Assembly (NCBI GenBank): GCA_964016885.1
Contig: OZ024742.1
Span: 94,736,001-94,800,000 of the forward strand
From: Eledone cirrhosa
Lineage: Eukaryota
DNA: 64,000 nucleotides
Reading direction: 5' to 3'
The notes beneath the pieces were generated by a model. It saw only the letters and a list, made by a program, of their open reading frames with translations, was not told the origin of the DNA and made no database searches. Below are positions 38,871 to 52,510 of this stretch, piece by piece. Positions within the stretch are counted from its first letter, which is position 1. Each line of letters opens with the position of its first letter. Both the position numbers and the translations under genes were made by a program.

Positions 38871-41045
38871 ATGGGAATTTTGGCTATTCTAGGTACGTAT
38901 TGCAGCTCTTCCCACTGGAGTTATTCTAGAAGCCGTCCTCTCTATCAGCAAATGACCCATATGATTTTCAAATATTTATAAAAATATTCAAGATTTTGGA
39001 GATTTAAGAGATTCTTTCTTCATTTTTAACTTGATGGAATAGCTTAACAGATTTTCTTACAAGAAACTATTTTGGAAGAGTTTTGGTAAATGTAAACACT
39101 TTAAAAGAAACAGTTTTGTAATTTACAAATATGCTCACCAAAATGCCTGGATTTTAGCCTGGTATTTTACTCGATTTATTCATCTCTTATTTATAGTTAT
39201 CAAGTATTGTATTTATCTGCGTTGTGGTGACTAGATTTCCAAATTTCACAATGCTTCGTATGTCATATTCAAAATACAATTAAGTGAAAAACAATGCATA
39301 GCTTTCACTTCTTAATTTCACTATTTTTAACATTGTAAACAGAAAATTAATTCAGTTTGACTTAAGATTGGATATGGAAGAGCAAAAGAATCAGTGGTAA
39401 CCTAATTGAATTGTTGAAAAAAGGTGCTTTTATTTAAACTACACATTATTTATTCCTTAAAAGGCTGAGACAAACAATAGAAACAAATGTTCCAAAGTCA
39501 GTAACTAAGAAATGGATTTTTTTGAAAAACCGTTAGTTGTAGTTGAAATAAATACTGCTTTGTCTTATTGCAAATGTTAGAAGTCTTGGTACAAAAGTAA
39601 AATGCACATACTACACTTTACAAAGTGGTGGGTCTGACTCTACAATAAACTGCTCCTAGCCACCGTGTAAAGTCGTAGTGGTACTAGTGTATCCCTTTCT
39701 GTTAAGTGAAAATGCCACTCTGTAAAGTGATAGTGCTGGTACAATGATAAAATTTACCCAGCAGACAGTGGAGTGGTTTGTGTTAGGAAGGGCATCCAAT
39801 CATAGACACAATGAACATGACACGGGCATCCAACCTACCTAATTTCAGAATCTGATAATCCGACCATATAAAGAAAACAGACGTAAAATGTTGAAGATGA
39901 TGAGAATGAGCAAAGTACTCTAATTTTATTAACATATGAAATGAAAAAATATCTGTTTTATGGAAACAGTGTCATTACTTCAATATATTAAGTCAAATGC
40001 AATGAAACTGTAAGGTTTGAAGGAACATTGCCATGTTTATGAGTTGCCATTGTGCAGTCATGAATTGCAATAATTTAGATAATTTGTGTAAAAATCTCTC
40101 TAATAATTGTTGTTCTGAATTATTATCCATTAGTCTCACATGAACACTGTCTTCTCACAAAAACGTTCGAAAATTTAGAATTCATGGAACAGACCTGTAA
40201 GATAAAATAAGGAAGAGGAAATCTTCAAAGAGGAGTTTTCTGTTAACCTTGTTTGCCTCCCTCCCTCACTCTATCTACCCCCACCTTTCCCTTGATTTCT
40301 ATTTACTTTTTTTTTTGTGTAAATTATATTTACTAGATGAATTACATTTATATGAAAATAAAATGAATGTCTCATCGTTTAGTGTTAAAGGTCAGGTTTA
40401 GGGCAATGGTAGATTAAGAAGGGTGTTTAGTGAGCTATAGACACTGGGCAGCAATTTTATCACCATAAATATATTAGCTGACATGTTCAGCCAGGGCTCC
40501 ATGCAAGCTTAATCCAGCCTGGGTTTAGGATTTGTATGGTGTTAGGGTTGAAAAGAAATGTCTGATTTTTATATATTTTTTATATTGGATCGGCTCAAGA
40601 CATCGTCTTGCTTGCACAATTTATATTTTGGTCTGATTTCTGTGGATGGGTGCGCTTCGTTACGCAAACCACTTCAGTGGTTATATATATCATTATTTCA
40701 CCGTCTGCCTTCTCTGCCAGCAAGGGTTGGAGAGGACTACATAAACCATCAGTACTGAAGCGGGTCTACTGATTTTCTAGACTGGGCAGGGATCTGCGTC
40801 TCGCTTATGTATGGTTTCATATTCCACTGAGTGCGCAGGAGAGGTTGTCATGTCTTTGACACAGCTGAGGGCCCTCCTAACCCTTTGTGTGGCAAGCTCT
40901 CTCTGGCTGGAAGTTCTTCCCATCACCAACTACTTTACAGCATGTACTAGGGAGTCTGTGATCTCCTTGACATGACTGAAGGGTCTTCCTGGCTCTTTGT
41001 TTGGCAAGCTGTCTATGGCTGGATATATATATATATATATATATA

Positions 41046-41670
41046 TTGGAAAAGTAAATAACAACTACAAGGTGTACAGTTACGAAAGGTGTTAGGTATT
41101 AAGTTCACGCTTGAGAGTGGTGGGTGGGGGACGACGTTTTGGGCATAAGCCCTTCATCAGGAGAATGGGGGAAAGGAGAGGAGTTCCGAGAAGGGGGAGT
41201 GGTGGAAAAACATTAAAATAACAGGAACAAAATTAAAATGAAGAGAAAAAGAAATAAAAATAACACATGCATGGGACAATAAGTTGAAAACAAGTGGTGT
41301 GAGGTGTGTAGAAGTGGTGGTTGGTGGGGGTGGGGGAATTGGGGGTATGAGTGGGGAGGAAGGTGGTGTGTGTGTGTATGTGTGGATGAGTGAGAGTTTG
41401 GGGGGAACGAGGTTCCATGCTCCGGTTTTAGGAAAACCAGTCTGTACATGGGGTGAGGTGTACATATGTGTGCGTGTGGAGGGAGAGGAGTCAGAAGGGA
41501 TGGGGGAGAGGGAGCGTGCGAAGTCCGGAGGCAGTGGGTGTGAGGATACGCATGTGTGTCTGATTTTGTGTGGTGTGGATACGTGGGAATGTATGATTGC
41601 GTGTGTGTGTTCCTGAATGGTTTTTAAGTGAGTGTGGGGACAGATGGCGAAAATCTGGGTATTATCTCGT
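41046..41670 (-). mobile_element. Probable Penelope-type 3' terminal region with a decayed hammerhead-like motif
   Basis: Minus strand CTGATGA-aGGGC(ttat)GCCC-AAAACGTCGTC at 41130-41160; C/A-rich UTR; abuts (TA)n. Confidence 0.45.
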
Positions 41671-41805
41671 AGATATAGTGAGAGTGTAAATGTGTATGCA
41701 TGCATATATACATAAACACACACACATTTCAATAAAAATAGCATAAAAAGATAAAAGGCACAGAAAATTCAGACAGATATTTCCTGTCCACCAGCCGTCT
41801 TCTGG

Positions 41806-41844
<39 letters not shown>

Positions 41845-41847
<3 letters not shown>

Positions 41848-42300
41848 AGTATGACGCCTCACGCCTCCTGGTGGATAATGGAAGAGGCCTAGTTGTCTCC
41901 CCCTGGGTTGAGAACACCGAGAGGTAAACAGCGACAGCCACGGGAAAGCAGACGGGATACACGCCACAGAAAACAGCCTCTGTACCACGAAACGATAAGC
42001 AGCCCTCGGAAACAGCAAACACCACAATACCTTTGTAATTGTAATACAATTCACTACAACTGGATCACGTATATATTTGGTATGTTCCATTTGTAATATA
42101 ATAAACATATATAAACAAAATAAACATCACCATTATTTACATTGTTAAATATAACTCTCGTTGTGGTTATCGTCTTGTTTACGCACACACCCCACTCACT
42201 TTGTTATAATTCTCACTTACAAAAATGGTAAATAGACGAGGGACCTTCCCTCACGTCTATGTCGATAAACAATCCAACTAGGATACATCATTTTACCACA
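41845..42300 (+). repeat. 5' LTR (456 bp)
   Basis: TGTAGT...ACCACA; about 11 differences from the 3' LTR by manual count. Confidence 0.95.
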
Positions 42301-42301
42301 C

Positions 42302-42314
42302 TGGTGACCGACGT
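42302..42314 (+). promoter_or_regulatory. Primer binding site, tRNA-Trp-like with a 2-nt deletion
   Basis: TGGTGACCGACGT right after the LTR, versus TGGTGACCCCGACGT (complement of the tRNA-Trp 3' end). Confidence 0.7.
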
Positions 42315-42952
42315 AAGAATTTTACGCAGCCTTTTTATTCATTTGAACTTCACTGTTATTACCACGTTGCCAACCTTTTCGCAACTTACGAAAATACAAA
42401 AAAAAGACAGAGAAATAATAAAGTGTTTATACAGTATTGACAAGGTATACAAACCAGCCAAAATTTTTTCCAAGATGGCGTTGCTTTCCTTCCCCGTATT
42501 GTAATTTTCCGCCCGGACAGGGACATTTTGAATTGCGTGTATGTTCCATATTTGATCAAAGGAAAAAAAACTTTTTTGTGAACATTACTGCCCCGCAGGG
42601 GATATACATGCCTTACTTTTTTTCTAAGGGATTTTTAGCCACAGGCTACCTATTGTTGATATCCAACGTGGATATATTCTTAAACAAATATTTATTTTTC
42701 TCTTTTTCACGGGTTATTTGATTTGGCTTGCCCGTTGAAGCAACACAAGGGGACAGACGTTGAAGGAAAAACATTTTTTTTTTTAAATATATATATGTAT
42801 TTTATGTATTTTTCCTATTTCCTAATGTTTTGAATGTCTGTTTCTTTTTGACCTTTCATTTTTTTCCATTTTGAGTGTTTGCTTTTCCCTGTACGAGGGA
42901 ACATTAATTGCTGTTTATATATATATATATTTTTAATTTTAAACGTTTCACA

Positions 42953-43658
42953 ATGAATACGCCACATTTGCCCGCCTTTACCAGAAACCCTAAGCTGTGG
43001 TTCGCCCAGCTACAGGCGTATTTTACGGTCTGTAAGACCGAGTCTGACCAGCGCCTCGCTCACTTGATTAGCGAACTACACCCTAATTTAACAGATTCGG
43101 TCCAAGACCTAATTACAGACACCCTCTGACTTAACGTATGAGTCTTTAAAAGGCGAGATCTTGAGAAGGAACTGTAAGTCGGTAGAGAGTCGTTTTCGGT
43201 CATTGATCGAGGACGAACGATTAGGTGACAGGACCCCTACCGGTTTTCTCCGGCATTTGCGGGAATTGAGCGATTCCCAAGATCAGGATAGCCCTTTCCT
43301 GCAGCAATTGTTCTTCTCTCGCCTACCTCAAGAGGTACAGGCGTTCCTAGCCCATATGCTAGAAGTAAATACCCTCGACCACATTGCTGTCTCTGCTGAC
43401 AAAATTGTAGAAGTGATGAAGAGAGACACTTCGAAGCCAAAGTACGTTGCTTCCTCTTCTTTTCCTCAATCCCGCTCATCAGCGATTGATGACAAATTAG
43501 TCAAAACAATGGAAGCCATGACTCGTCAAATACGGAGTTGTGCCAGGAATTCAGGTCTTTTGGACGGCAGAGGAGCCGCTCACGATCTTATTCAACTCCT
43601 CGGCGCCGTAGCCGTTCCAAATCGTGCTTACAAGGGAAACGACGACCAGAGTCACTAA
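42953..43658 (+). pseudogene. gag: Gypsy gag, frameshifted
   Basis: MNTPHLPAF..NPKLWFAQLQAYF; LGDRTPTGFLRHLREL; LFFSRLPQEVQ; frameshift near 43125. Confidence 0.9.
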
Positions 43659-46600
43659 CGGCGGATAGTGCGCTCTGTGAAACATTATCCAACCGCCACT
43701 TTTTTTATTGAGCACCTGCTATCAGGTAGAGCCTTTCTGGTTGACACAGGTGCAGCTTGTTCAATATGGCCTGTGTGTTGTATGAAGGAGACTCCCCTGA
43801 GACACCTATTGAGTTGCAGGCAGTAAATTGTTCGCCGATTCGAACCTTCGGACAAATCTCGCTACCTTTGCAGTTCCGTAATCTGCGGCGTGAATTTAAA
43901 TGGATATTTACTGTCGCTGCCTTGCCGTATCCGATTCTAGGCGCGGATTTTCTCCACCATTTTTCATTGACGGTGGACCTCCGTCGTAAACACCTAATTG
44001 ATGACATCACTGGTTTTTCTGTTGTTGGCAAGGCAGCAGGAGTTCCAACGGTTAGCCCGACCTTTTTTCTTGCTAACACCGGTGATACTTACCATGCGTT
44101 GTTGAACTCGTTCCCGCAACTGATTCAGGGAAATTTTCGAGTTGATGAGCCAACTCATACCACGGAGCACTTCATAACTACAACTGGTGCTCCCGTTTTT
44201 TCTCGTCCTCGTCGCTTGCCTCCGGACAAAATCAAAGCAGCACGATCAGAGTTTGATCATATGCTGCAGTTGGGGATTATTCGTCCGTCCACGAGCCCGT
44301 GGGCATCCCCATTACACATGGTACCGAAAGCGACAGGCGATTGGAGACCTACTGGAGATTATCGACGCTTAAATTCGATAACGGAACCGGACCGTTATCC
44401 TATCCCTCATCTGCAAGACTTTGCGTCTTCGTTGCAGGGATGCAAGATATTCTCCAAACTGGATTTAATTCGTGCGTACCATCAAATTCCTGTCCATAAA
44501 AATGACATTCCAAAAACGGCTATAGTTACGCCATTTGAGTCATTTGAGTTTTTGACCATGCCGTTCGGATTAAGGAATGCCGCTAGTACGTTTCAGCAGT
44601 TTATGGATGAGGTTACTCGTGGCCTCGATTTCGTCTATACCTATATTGACGACCTGCTCATTGCTAGTTCTTCTCAAGAGTAACAAACGCACCATTTGAA
44701 TCTTCTTTTCCGCCGATTGAGGGCGTATAACGTGCAGATTAATGCACCCAAATGTGTTTTTGGTGCTGAGTCACTGACTTTCTTGGGTCACGTCATCGAT
44801 GCTGACTGTATTCGACCCCGGCCTGAGAGTGTTAAGGTCATAGAGGATTTGCCTCCACCGACCTCACTACGTCAGTTACGCCAGTCCTTAGGCCTGATTA
44901 ACTTTTATAGGCGTTTCGTGCCAAATTGTGCAAGATTGCTTTTCTCCCTGACGGAGATTTTAAAAAATTGTCGGAAGAAGAACAAAGACATTTCTTTGAC
45001 AGACACTCAACTTGCTGATTTTCAGCACGCCAAAACTGCTTTGGCTAATGCTTCGTTACTGGCTCACCCGGTACCCGGTGCAAAGCTAACGCTTTGTGTT
45101 GATGCATCGGATATCGCTGTGGGCGCAGTGCTACAGCAAAACATCAATGGTTACCAGCAACCGCTGGAGTTTTTTTCCAGAAAGCTGAAACCTGCTGAGA
45201 CGCGCTACAGCACCTTTGGAAGAGAGCTTTTAGCCATCTATTTGACCGTTAAACATTTTTCACTTATGCTAGAGGGTAGACTATTTACTATCCTCACTGA
45301 CCATAAACCATTGACTTTTGCGTTGAGATCGAAGGCTGATAAATACTCGCCCAGAGAGACAAGACACCTTGATTTCATCTCGCAATATACGAATGATATC
45401 CAACACATTCCGCGTTCACTAAATACAGCGGCCGATGCTTTGTCCCGCTTACCCGTGACAGCGATCTCGTCACCCTCTGACATAGATCTGACTCGTTTGG
45501 CTGCGGATCAGCCTCCCCTTGAGTCATTTGATGTTACATCGCCCGAGTTTGCGAATTGCGAGATGAAATACTTGCCTCTGTCGACTGCAGTTGGCCAAAT
45601 TCTCTGCGACGTCTCTTTGGACGTGCCTAGGCCCTTCGTTCCAGAGAATCATCGTCGGACTGTCTTTCTGGCATTACATAGTTTCTCGCATCCAGGATCT
45701 TCTGCCACAGCAAAGCTCATATCAGCTAGATTTTTCTGGCCAAATATGAAGCCTGAAATTGCTGCTTGGTGCCGTTCCTGCATCGCTTGCCAGAAATCAA
45801 AGGTCCATCGACACGTCAAGGCTCCCCTGGGTAGCTTTACTAACCCAGATGCGCGTTTTTCGCACATTCATATTGACATAGTGGGACCTTGGCCTGTCAG
45901 CGATGGGTATTCTTATCTGCTGACCATAGTTGACCGTTTTTCGAGATGGCCTGAAGCCATCCCCTTGAAAAACATCACCGCTGAGACAACAGCGCGTGCT
46001 CTTATGTCTGGATGGATCTCTCGTTATGGAGTTCCATCCACAGTAACTACCGACCGTGGACAACAGTTCGAGTCGAGCCTTTTCCTCGAACTGTCAAAAT
46101 TAATTGGTGCTAAACGCATCAGAACTACGGCGTACCATCCCGCTTCGAATGGTATGGTGGAGCATTTTCACCGACAACTGAAGGCCTCCTTAATGGCCTC
46201 AATGGACTCGGTGCATTGAAGCGAGTACCTCCCTATTGTGCTACTAGGGATTCGGTCAACGGTGAAGGTCGACTTTGGATTTTCACCGGCCGAAGTACTG
46301 TACGGTGCCCCTCTGACGTTGCCCGGGCAAATGCTTTCCCCTATCGATCTCGATGCCCAGGATCACGCTTCCTACGTGTCCCGTTTGCGCTCCTATTTCC
46401 AGGATTTGCCGCCAATGGACACTAGGAAACAAACTCCCAAGACTGCTGTCCCGAGGGATGTTGCCTCGTGGACGCATGTTTTCGTAAGGAAAGATTCTGT
46501 GAAGCCCACGCTCACACAGCCTTACACTGGACCATACCGTGTCTTAGCGCGCTCGGCTAAGCATTTCACTTTAGATATTAAAGGGTCCAGGGAGACAGTT

Positions 46601-46816
46601 ACAATAGACATGCTTAAGCAGGCACACCTTGACACGGACGCTGTGGTTCCTGATCCACGAACCCCTTCGTATTTGCCTGTTGAGCGAACGCCTGTTCCTG
46701 AACCACCATCATCGTCTGTCCCTACACCACCACCATCGCCACGTTACAAGACCACGACCCGTTCAGGTCGTAGGGTCCACTGGCCCAAAAGAATTTGCAG
46801 CACTGTCTATATTTAG
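43637..46816 (+). pseudogene. pol: Gypsy pol (protease, RT, RNase H, integrase) with one frameshift and two premature stops
   Basis: [22 protein letters not shown], integrase HHCC and DDE region, GPY motif; in-frame TAA at 44681 and TGA at 46217. Confidence 0.95.
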
Positions 46817-47052
46817 ACTGTGTTAGCTGCACCCTTTTTTGGGGGCTTCTGTGTTTCTGCTTTTTCTTTGCCCTTTTTTTATGCATGCATGTTGTGTTTT
46901 TTAACATTTTTCAAATCCTTATTCTGGATTTAATGATTGGCAGAGCGAATAGCCCCCCCCCCCCCCCCTCCCTGTTGCATTGTTCGCCATCTTACTCCAC
47001 GTGTGAGTAATAACATCGATTTTCGATGATTTGAAAATCTGGTAGGGAATAC

Positions 47053-47507
47053 TGTAGTAAGACGCCTGACGCCTCCTGGCGGATAATGGAAGAGGCCTAG
47101 TTGTCTCCCCCTGGTTGAGAACACCGAGAGGTAAACAGAGACAGCCACGGGAAAGCAGACGGGATACACGCCACAGAAAACAGCCTCTGTACCACGAAAA
47201 GATAAACAGCCCTCGGAAACAGCAAACACCACAATACCTTTGTAATTGTAATACAATTCACTACAACTGGATCACGTATATATTTGGTATGTTTCATTTG
47301 TAATATAATAAACATATATAAACAAAATAAACATCACCATTATTTACATTGTTAAATATAACTCTCGTTGTGGTTATTGTCTTGTTTACGCACACACCCC
47401 ACTCACTTTGTTATAATTCTCACTTACAAAAATGGTAAATAGACGAGGGACCTTCCCTCACGTCTATGTCGATAAACAATCCAACTAGGATACATCATTT
47501 AACGACA
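47053..47507 (+). repeat. 3' LTR (455 bp)
   Basis: TGTAGT...ACGACA, preceded by ggtagggaatac. Confidence 0.95.
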
Positions 47508-47511
47508 ATAT

Positions 47512-48002
47512 AAATAAATAAAGATTCAGCGACAATCGCATTTTCGGTGGGCAGGAAAAGCGGAGCGAAACGCAAAAAATCAGAAATGATACTGGCAAAG
47601 TGCTCAATAGTTAAAAACCAGAGCTAAACAATGTGTTAAGAAGCCATACAAAACTGAAAAGGTGGTCAAGAAGGCATTAACCACCCAAGCCAAAAACCAA
47701 ATCAAGCTAAACAGGTCAAAACAAAATAAATGATAACCAGACTTGGACTCCCGGAATTGCTGTTAAAATCCGATGTAGAGTTTCTGTGACACCTAAATCA
47801 AAATACAGTCTGCTTAAAAATATAAGCCTTGTGTATAACGCTCGAACAAGGAATATCACGTTATCAACAGGTATATTATTTTTTGATACCCAGATTCCTG
47901 ATGATTTCCTGTAGAATCTCATCTATATTAAAACGTTTATACTCTGCAATGTATTGAGTACCTTACATACTGTGGTTACCTCCGATTCAACCTGGAATAA
48001 CG
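47512..48002 (+). mobile_element. Penelope-type terminal module, same family as 26758-26891, with an internally deleted hammerhead
   Basis: 47892-48002 is nearly identical to 26757-26891 except for a 23-nt deletion; followed by (TA)n. Confidence 0.7.
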
Positions 48003-48033
<31 letters not shown>

Positions 48034-49966
48034 ATTCACAAACATCTTTTGTCAAGTTTAATGAAAAAATTGAACATTAACTTACTCCATAAAACAATGG
48101 GTTATGTACTAGTAATAACAATGTTAGTAAAATGACTTCTAAATTTTGCATGCACTGTACAAAGTGATTACAAATGATAGAAAATGTGATCAATTTTTAT
48201 TTTGAGAATGATTTGATTAGTAAAATAGGTGATAATAATGTGTGTGTCATGATAACACTGTTGTAGAAATGCATTTTAGCGAAAATGGGTGGAAAGTGAT
48301 GAGAGACAATATAGAGTAGAGTGGACTCTTAAGACTGGTAAATCACAACAATCTCTCTAGTGCTGGTGCTCTGATAAAATGTATCTAATACACTCTGTAA
48401 AGTATGTGGAATTAGGAACGGTATCCAGTTCTAGAAACCATGCCAAAATATTTAACATATGAGCAAGGCAGGTTTATCCAACCATGTCTGACATTGGACT
48501 ATTGCAACCTGTCCAACCCATGCCAGGTGAGTAATGTGATGCTAGTATCAAGGTTGTGGTTGATACTAGCATACCAAATGCTTAATCTATTTCATACCAA
48601 ATTGCCCTTGGTTCTACATTATAAAACTATTTTAAATTGTACATATTGTTCTAAAAATCTTCCATCATATGTTTTATGAAGAAACTTAGCTAAGTTATGC
48701 TTCAAACACCAGCTTAAAACTTTTTTTACATAAAATTATGATGGGTGGTTGGAATTTAAATACATACACTTTAAAGCAAACAGTTTTATATCATGGCATC
48801 AAGGCAGCTTGATATTATACCTGTAACCCTTGATTTATCTGGTGTGTTAGACCTATTGCCATACGTTTTTTTTTTTTTGTTGTAAGATATTTACATACAA
48901 TAGGTCTGTTTAAGTAGATTAAACAATAGCTCTAAAATAACAGCTATTTGAGATATGTGCCTGTACAAAACTTGCCAAGGATAAAGATGGAGGAGCATAG
49001 AGACATATTTCAGTTAGGAAAATAAAACATATTGACATAGGCAAAATTTTCCATCACAATTTTATGTATGAACCTCCATGCTATGATCCAAACACTAGCT
49101 TATTAATTGTTTCTACGTTTGGCACAAGGCCAGCAATTACCCCAGTGCATTACTGGTACTTTATTTTATCGACCCCGGCAGTGCATTGTGTCCTTAAGCA
49201 AGATGCTTTATTTCCTGTTGTTCTGATCCACTCAGTTGAATACATGTGTACCAGGAGCAGCTAGAAATAAACCATTGCAATGGACTGGCTTCTGGGACTC
49301 CGAGCATTAAATAAAACACCTGGAAAACTACCTATGCAATGCAACTTCATGAAAGGCCAGCTAAACCTACATAGCTATTAACTGTAACAGTTGATCGAAC
49401 AGTTGGATGCTCATCCCTGAAATACAATGAATGAATGGATAAATGAAAACCACCTCAGAATATATAGAGATTATAACTAAATATCCAAAGGTATTTAATT
49501 TACTTCTACCAAATATTCTGTTCAATTCATAGGTCCTACTTTCGTTAATGTTTGATATCAAAACAAGGACTGGCTACCCATGAAATAAGATGTTTATCTA
49601 TATATATATATATATTTGTCTCACATTGACTAACAAACAGTATTTTTATTATATATTTATTTCACCCTTTTATTTCATGCTTTTTTTTTTTTAAACCTCT
49701 TTATGTTGTTATATTTATTTAAGTGTTGACAGGAATTGTTCTGCTGGTGATTGGATGCTCTTTAACCGTAACACTACATTTAGATAATTGATTGTTCATG
49801 GTTTTTATTAATATAGCCTTTGATTATGTTCTGGAAAAATCTCAGTTTGTTTACATTCAGTTTTATTATGTTGGTCCATTTCCCCTGTTCTCTATATCAA
49901 CATTATTAACATCATAGCTATTAACAGTCATGAAAATATCAATAATTATATCTATCTATCTATCTA

Positions 49967-50015
<49 letters not shown>

Positions 50016-50628
50016 CAATAAAAAATAAGAAGTGTGGCATTAATTAATCCATTGTTTTACACTCGTTTCAGGGAAAAAAGTATGGATTCACAGACTAATC
50101 AATGGCAGTAAAAAAATTCCGTTATATCAGCCTCAAAAAAGCACATCTTTCCTGGTGTCATTTCTCAGAAACACTCAGATTTTGATATATTCTCTTGTCA
50201 TCATCAATATATTTGGTCAAAATATTTTTATAACTTCATCATTGGTGGTAATTGTTGGCTTTAGGTGAGACCTAATTCAATAGATTTATAAACAGCGAGA
50301 AATGGCATTCCGGCTGTAACCATCCTTCCTTTTATTAGATTGTTTAGAGTAAGTGTATCTAGGACTACATTAATCCAATGTGTCCTTTTTTTTAATAAAT
50401 TGTAGTGTCTGATTTGGCTGCTATTTCTAGCAGGCCAAATAATCACATACTAGTACCCTCACTGACATTAGCAGTGTTGTTGAATTTACGGTAGATAAAA
50501 CCACAGCTTTTTTCATTGGTGCTAAATCTATGCAAATTAGTCTTACCATGTTAGATAATATCCGGGAAATATATAACTGTGATTGCAGCTCATGGTATGA
50601 TTTAACGTATTTTTCTGTTTGCCATTTG

Positions 50629-50664
<36 letters not shown>

Positions 50665-50687
50665 GTTTGTACAATGGGTATATACTC

Positions 50688-50823
50688 TTTCTGTCTACTA
50701 AATTTCACTCATGAGGCATTTGTTTACAAGAGGTTATAGTAGAAGGTGCAACACAGTAAGACTAAACCTGAAACCACATAGTTGTAAAGCAAACTTCTTA
50801 ACCACACAGCTAAGCCTGCACCT
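50688..50823 (-). mobile_element. tRNA-derived SINE family B (decayed); other copies at ~2155-2272, ~10625-10720, ~52950-53070 (+) and ~55265-55430
   Basis: Shared cacaaggc...tagtagaag...cttaaccac...gcctgcacct pattern. Confidence 0.65.
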
Positions 50824-50874
50824 CTAAAATCATAGAATTATAAAATGGTCAGGCATGGTGATCAATTGAAGTAA

Positions 50875-51315
50875 ACCTGTGTTAGAGGCTGATGAATTGT
50901 CTTTTGAGGGATATAGACTGAAGCAGAAGGGTATTTCACCATATCATAGTTTAGTAGCGAGATTTATGGATATAAAACTGCCAAAGGACCAGAAGCAATT
51001 AGAATGTTTTCTCGGACTTGTTCATTTCTATGGAAGATTTATTGGTCATATCTTACATCACTTTGTAAATGTGGTTTCCCGTTTTCATGAGGGCATCCTA
51101 CAACAAAAAAGCATTTTAGCATCTAAAGCTGATATTAGTATCAAAGTGCTCAAGATTTATGATCCCATGAAAAGAAGTTACCTTAATAACTGATGTTATT
51201 GTAAAAGTTATATTAGAAATACTTTCACAAGTTGGCCATGCTGTATTATATCTGTCAAGAATATTAACCATAGCTGAAAGAAGACACTCAAATATTAAAA
51301 AGGAAGCCTTTGTCT
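50875..51315 (+). mobile_element. Old Gypsy pol fragment (RT-RNase H linker)
   Basis: KQLECFLGLVHFYGRFI and YLSRILTIAERRHSNIKKEA. Confidence 0.7.
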
Positions 51316-51614
51316 GCTATATTTTAAGTGCAGTCTGTTTTCTGCTTAGTTGATAATTTATATTAGTCACAGATTATGTTTCAACTGGTAGCATTTAAAA
51401 CTTGCAGGAATTGTAAACCCTCCACATTCATTTCAGAAGTTGTCAGAGGTGGTGACAAGCCTTTACAGGTAGCATACCTGCTTCAGAGAATTCTAAATAC
51501 AATTATGAGGGGTAACCAAACAATGGTAATTTCTTGTGTTCTAGTATAATTTCTAAGTAGTAAGTAAAAGAAAAGAATGGAAAACTTAAATTGTAAGCTT
51601 ATTACAATAATTTG

Positions 51615-52510
51615 TTATCATCATCATCATTTTTTGTCAACTTTTCCATGGTTGCTTGGGTTGATGGGTCCTTTTCAGCATGGCATCCATCCACTTGCCA
51701 TATTCCTTCGATCTCTCCTCTGCCAGTCTTAGTTAAGAACTTCTCTTGTAGTTGCCTCACTAAGAAGAGGGCATTTGTAGTACTTTTCCAGACACAAAAA
51801 TATATAGCATCTCATCTATTTTGAATCTTTCCCTAATTAGCTGTGCTATAATTCTTTGTCACTTCCATAACTTGGTCCAATGGTTTTATTCCTCTACAGT
51901 TGCTCCTTTCTTGAGTATCACCTTTGTCCTTGGGTGTTGCTCCGTCATGTATTCTTTTACTATACGGGTTGCTAGTTTGACTCCTACCTCTTCCAATGCA
52001 TCACAGCAACTATTTCTGATAAACATGCAGCTTAATCATTCTTTATTTCCTTAATTGCGCTTTTGACCCAAAATCTATCGACTTCCTGTGGGTAAGTTGG
52101 GGGTAGTCTCTCTTCTTCCCATTCATTCTCTACATTCATCAATCTCTCATAGTAACTTTTCCAGGCCTCTTTCTGGTGGGCATCAGTGGTGCTAGGTGTG
52201 TCAGCATCATTTCTAGCACTTTTCCCCAATAAAAAATCCATTTCACTCTTACACACTGCCTTGCAATGTGGAATACTTAATGTCTTTGATCCTCACATCT
52301 CAAGACAATGGAAAACTTTCTCCTTTCAGCCTCTTTCTGAGCTATGTATAACTGTTGTCTTGTTTCTCTCTTAGATACCTGGTACCGGTCTCTTCTACCC
52401 CCATTTTTCCAGTCTTTCCATGCCTGACTCTTGGCTTTAATGGCTTTATCCATTTTACTGTTCCACCACCAGGTCACCCCTGTCTGGTTGGTGTTTGCTC
52501 CAGCCACAAG
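51615..52510 (-). mobile_element. RTE LINE, internally deleted fragment
   Basis: TWWWNSKMDKAIKAK and AWKSYYERLMNVENEW; 3' (TGA)n tail joined to mid-ORF; homologous to 60.7-61.5 kb. Confidence 0.8.

Larger units (their letters stand above)
37625..40680 (+). repeat. Local direct duplication of ~390 bp (37625-38345 with SINE; 40284-40680 without)
   Basis: Long near-identical tracts, e.g. atgaattacatttatatgaaaataaaatgaatgtctcatcgttta. Confidence 0.9.
41845..47507 (+). mobile_element. Full-length Ty3/Gypsy LTR retrotransposon (defective)
   Basis: Two TG...CA LTRs, ATAT TSD (41841-41844 and 47508-47511), PBS, gag, PR-RT-RH-IN order, purine-rich tract before the 3' LTR. Confidence 0.97.

Noticed and set aside
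39980-40194. Minus-strand acceptor ttattttatcttacAG
   Set aside because: No matching donor or convincing frame
41130-41165. CTGATGA-GGGC/GCCC-AAAAC as an active ribozyme
   Set aside because: G12 is lost and helix I does not pair; kept only as a decayed marker
41157-41744. 195-aa Pro/His/Thr-rich ORF
   Set aside because: Low-complexity C/A-rich repeat sequence with no domain motif
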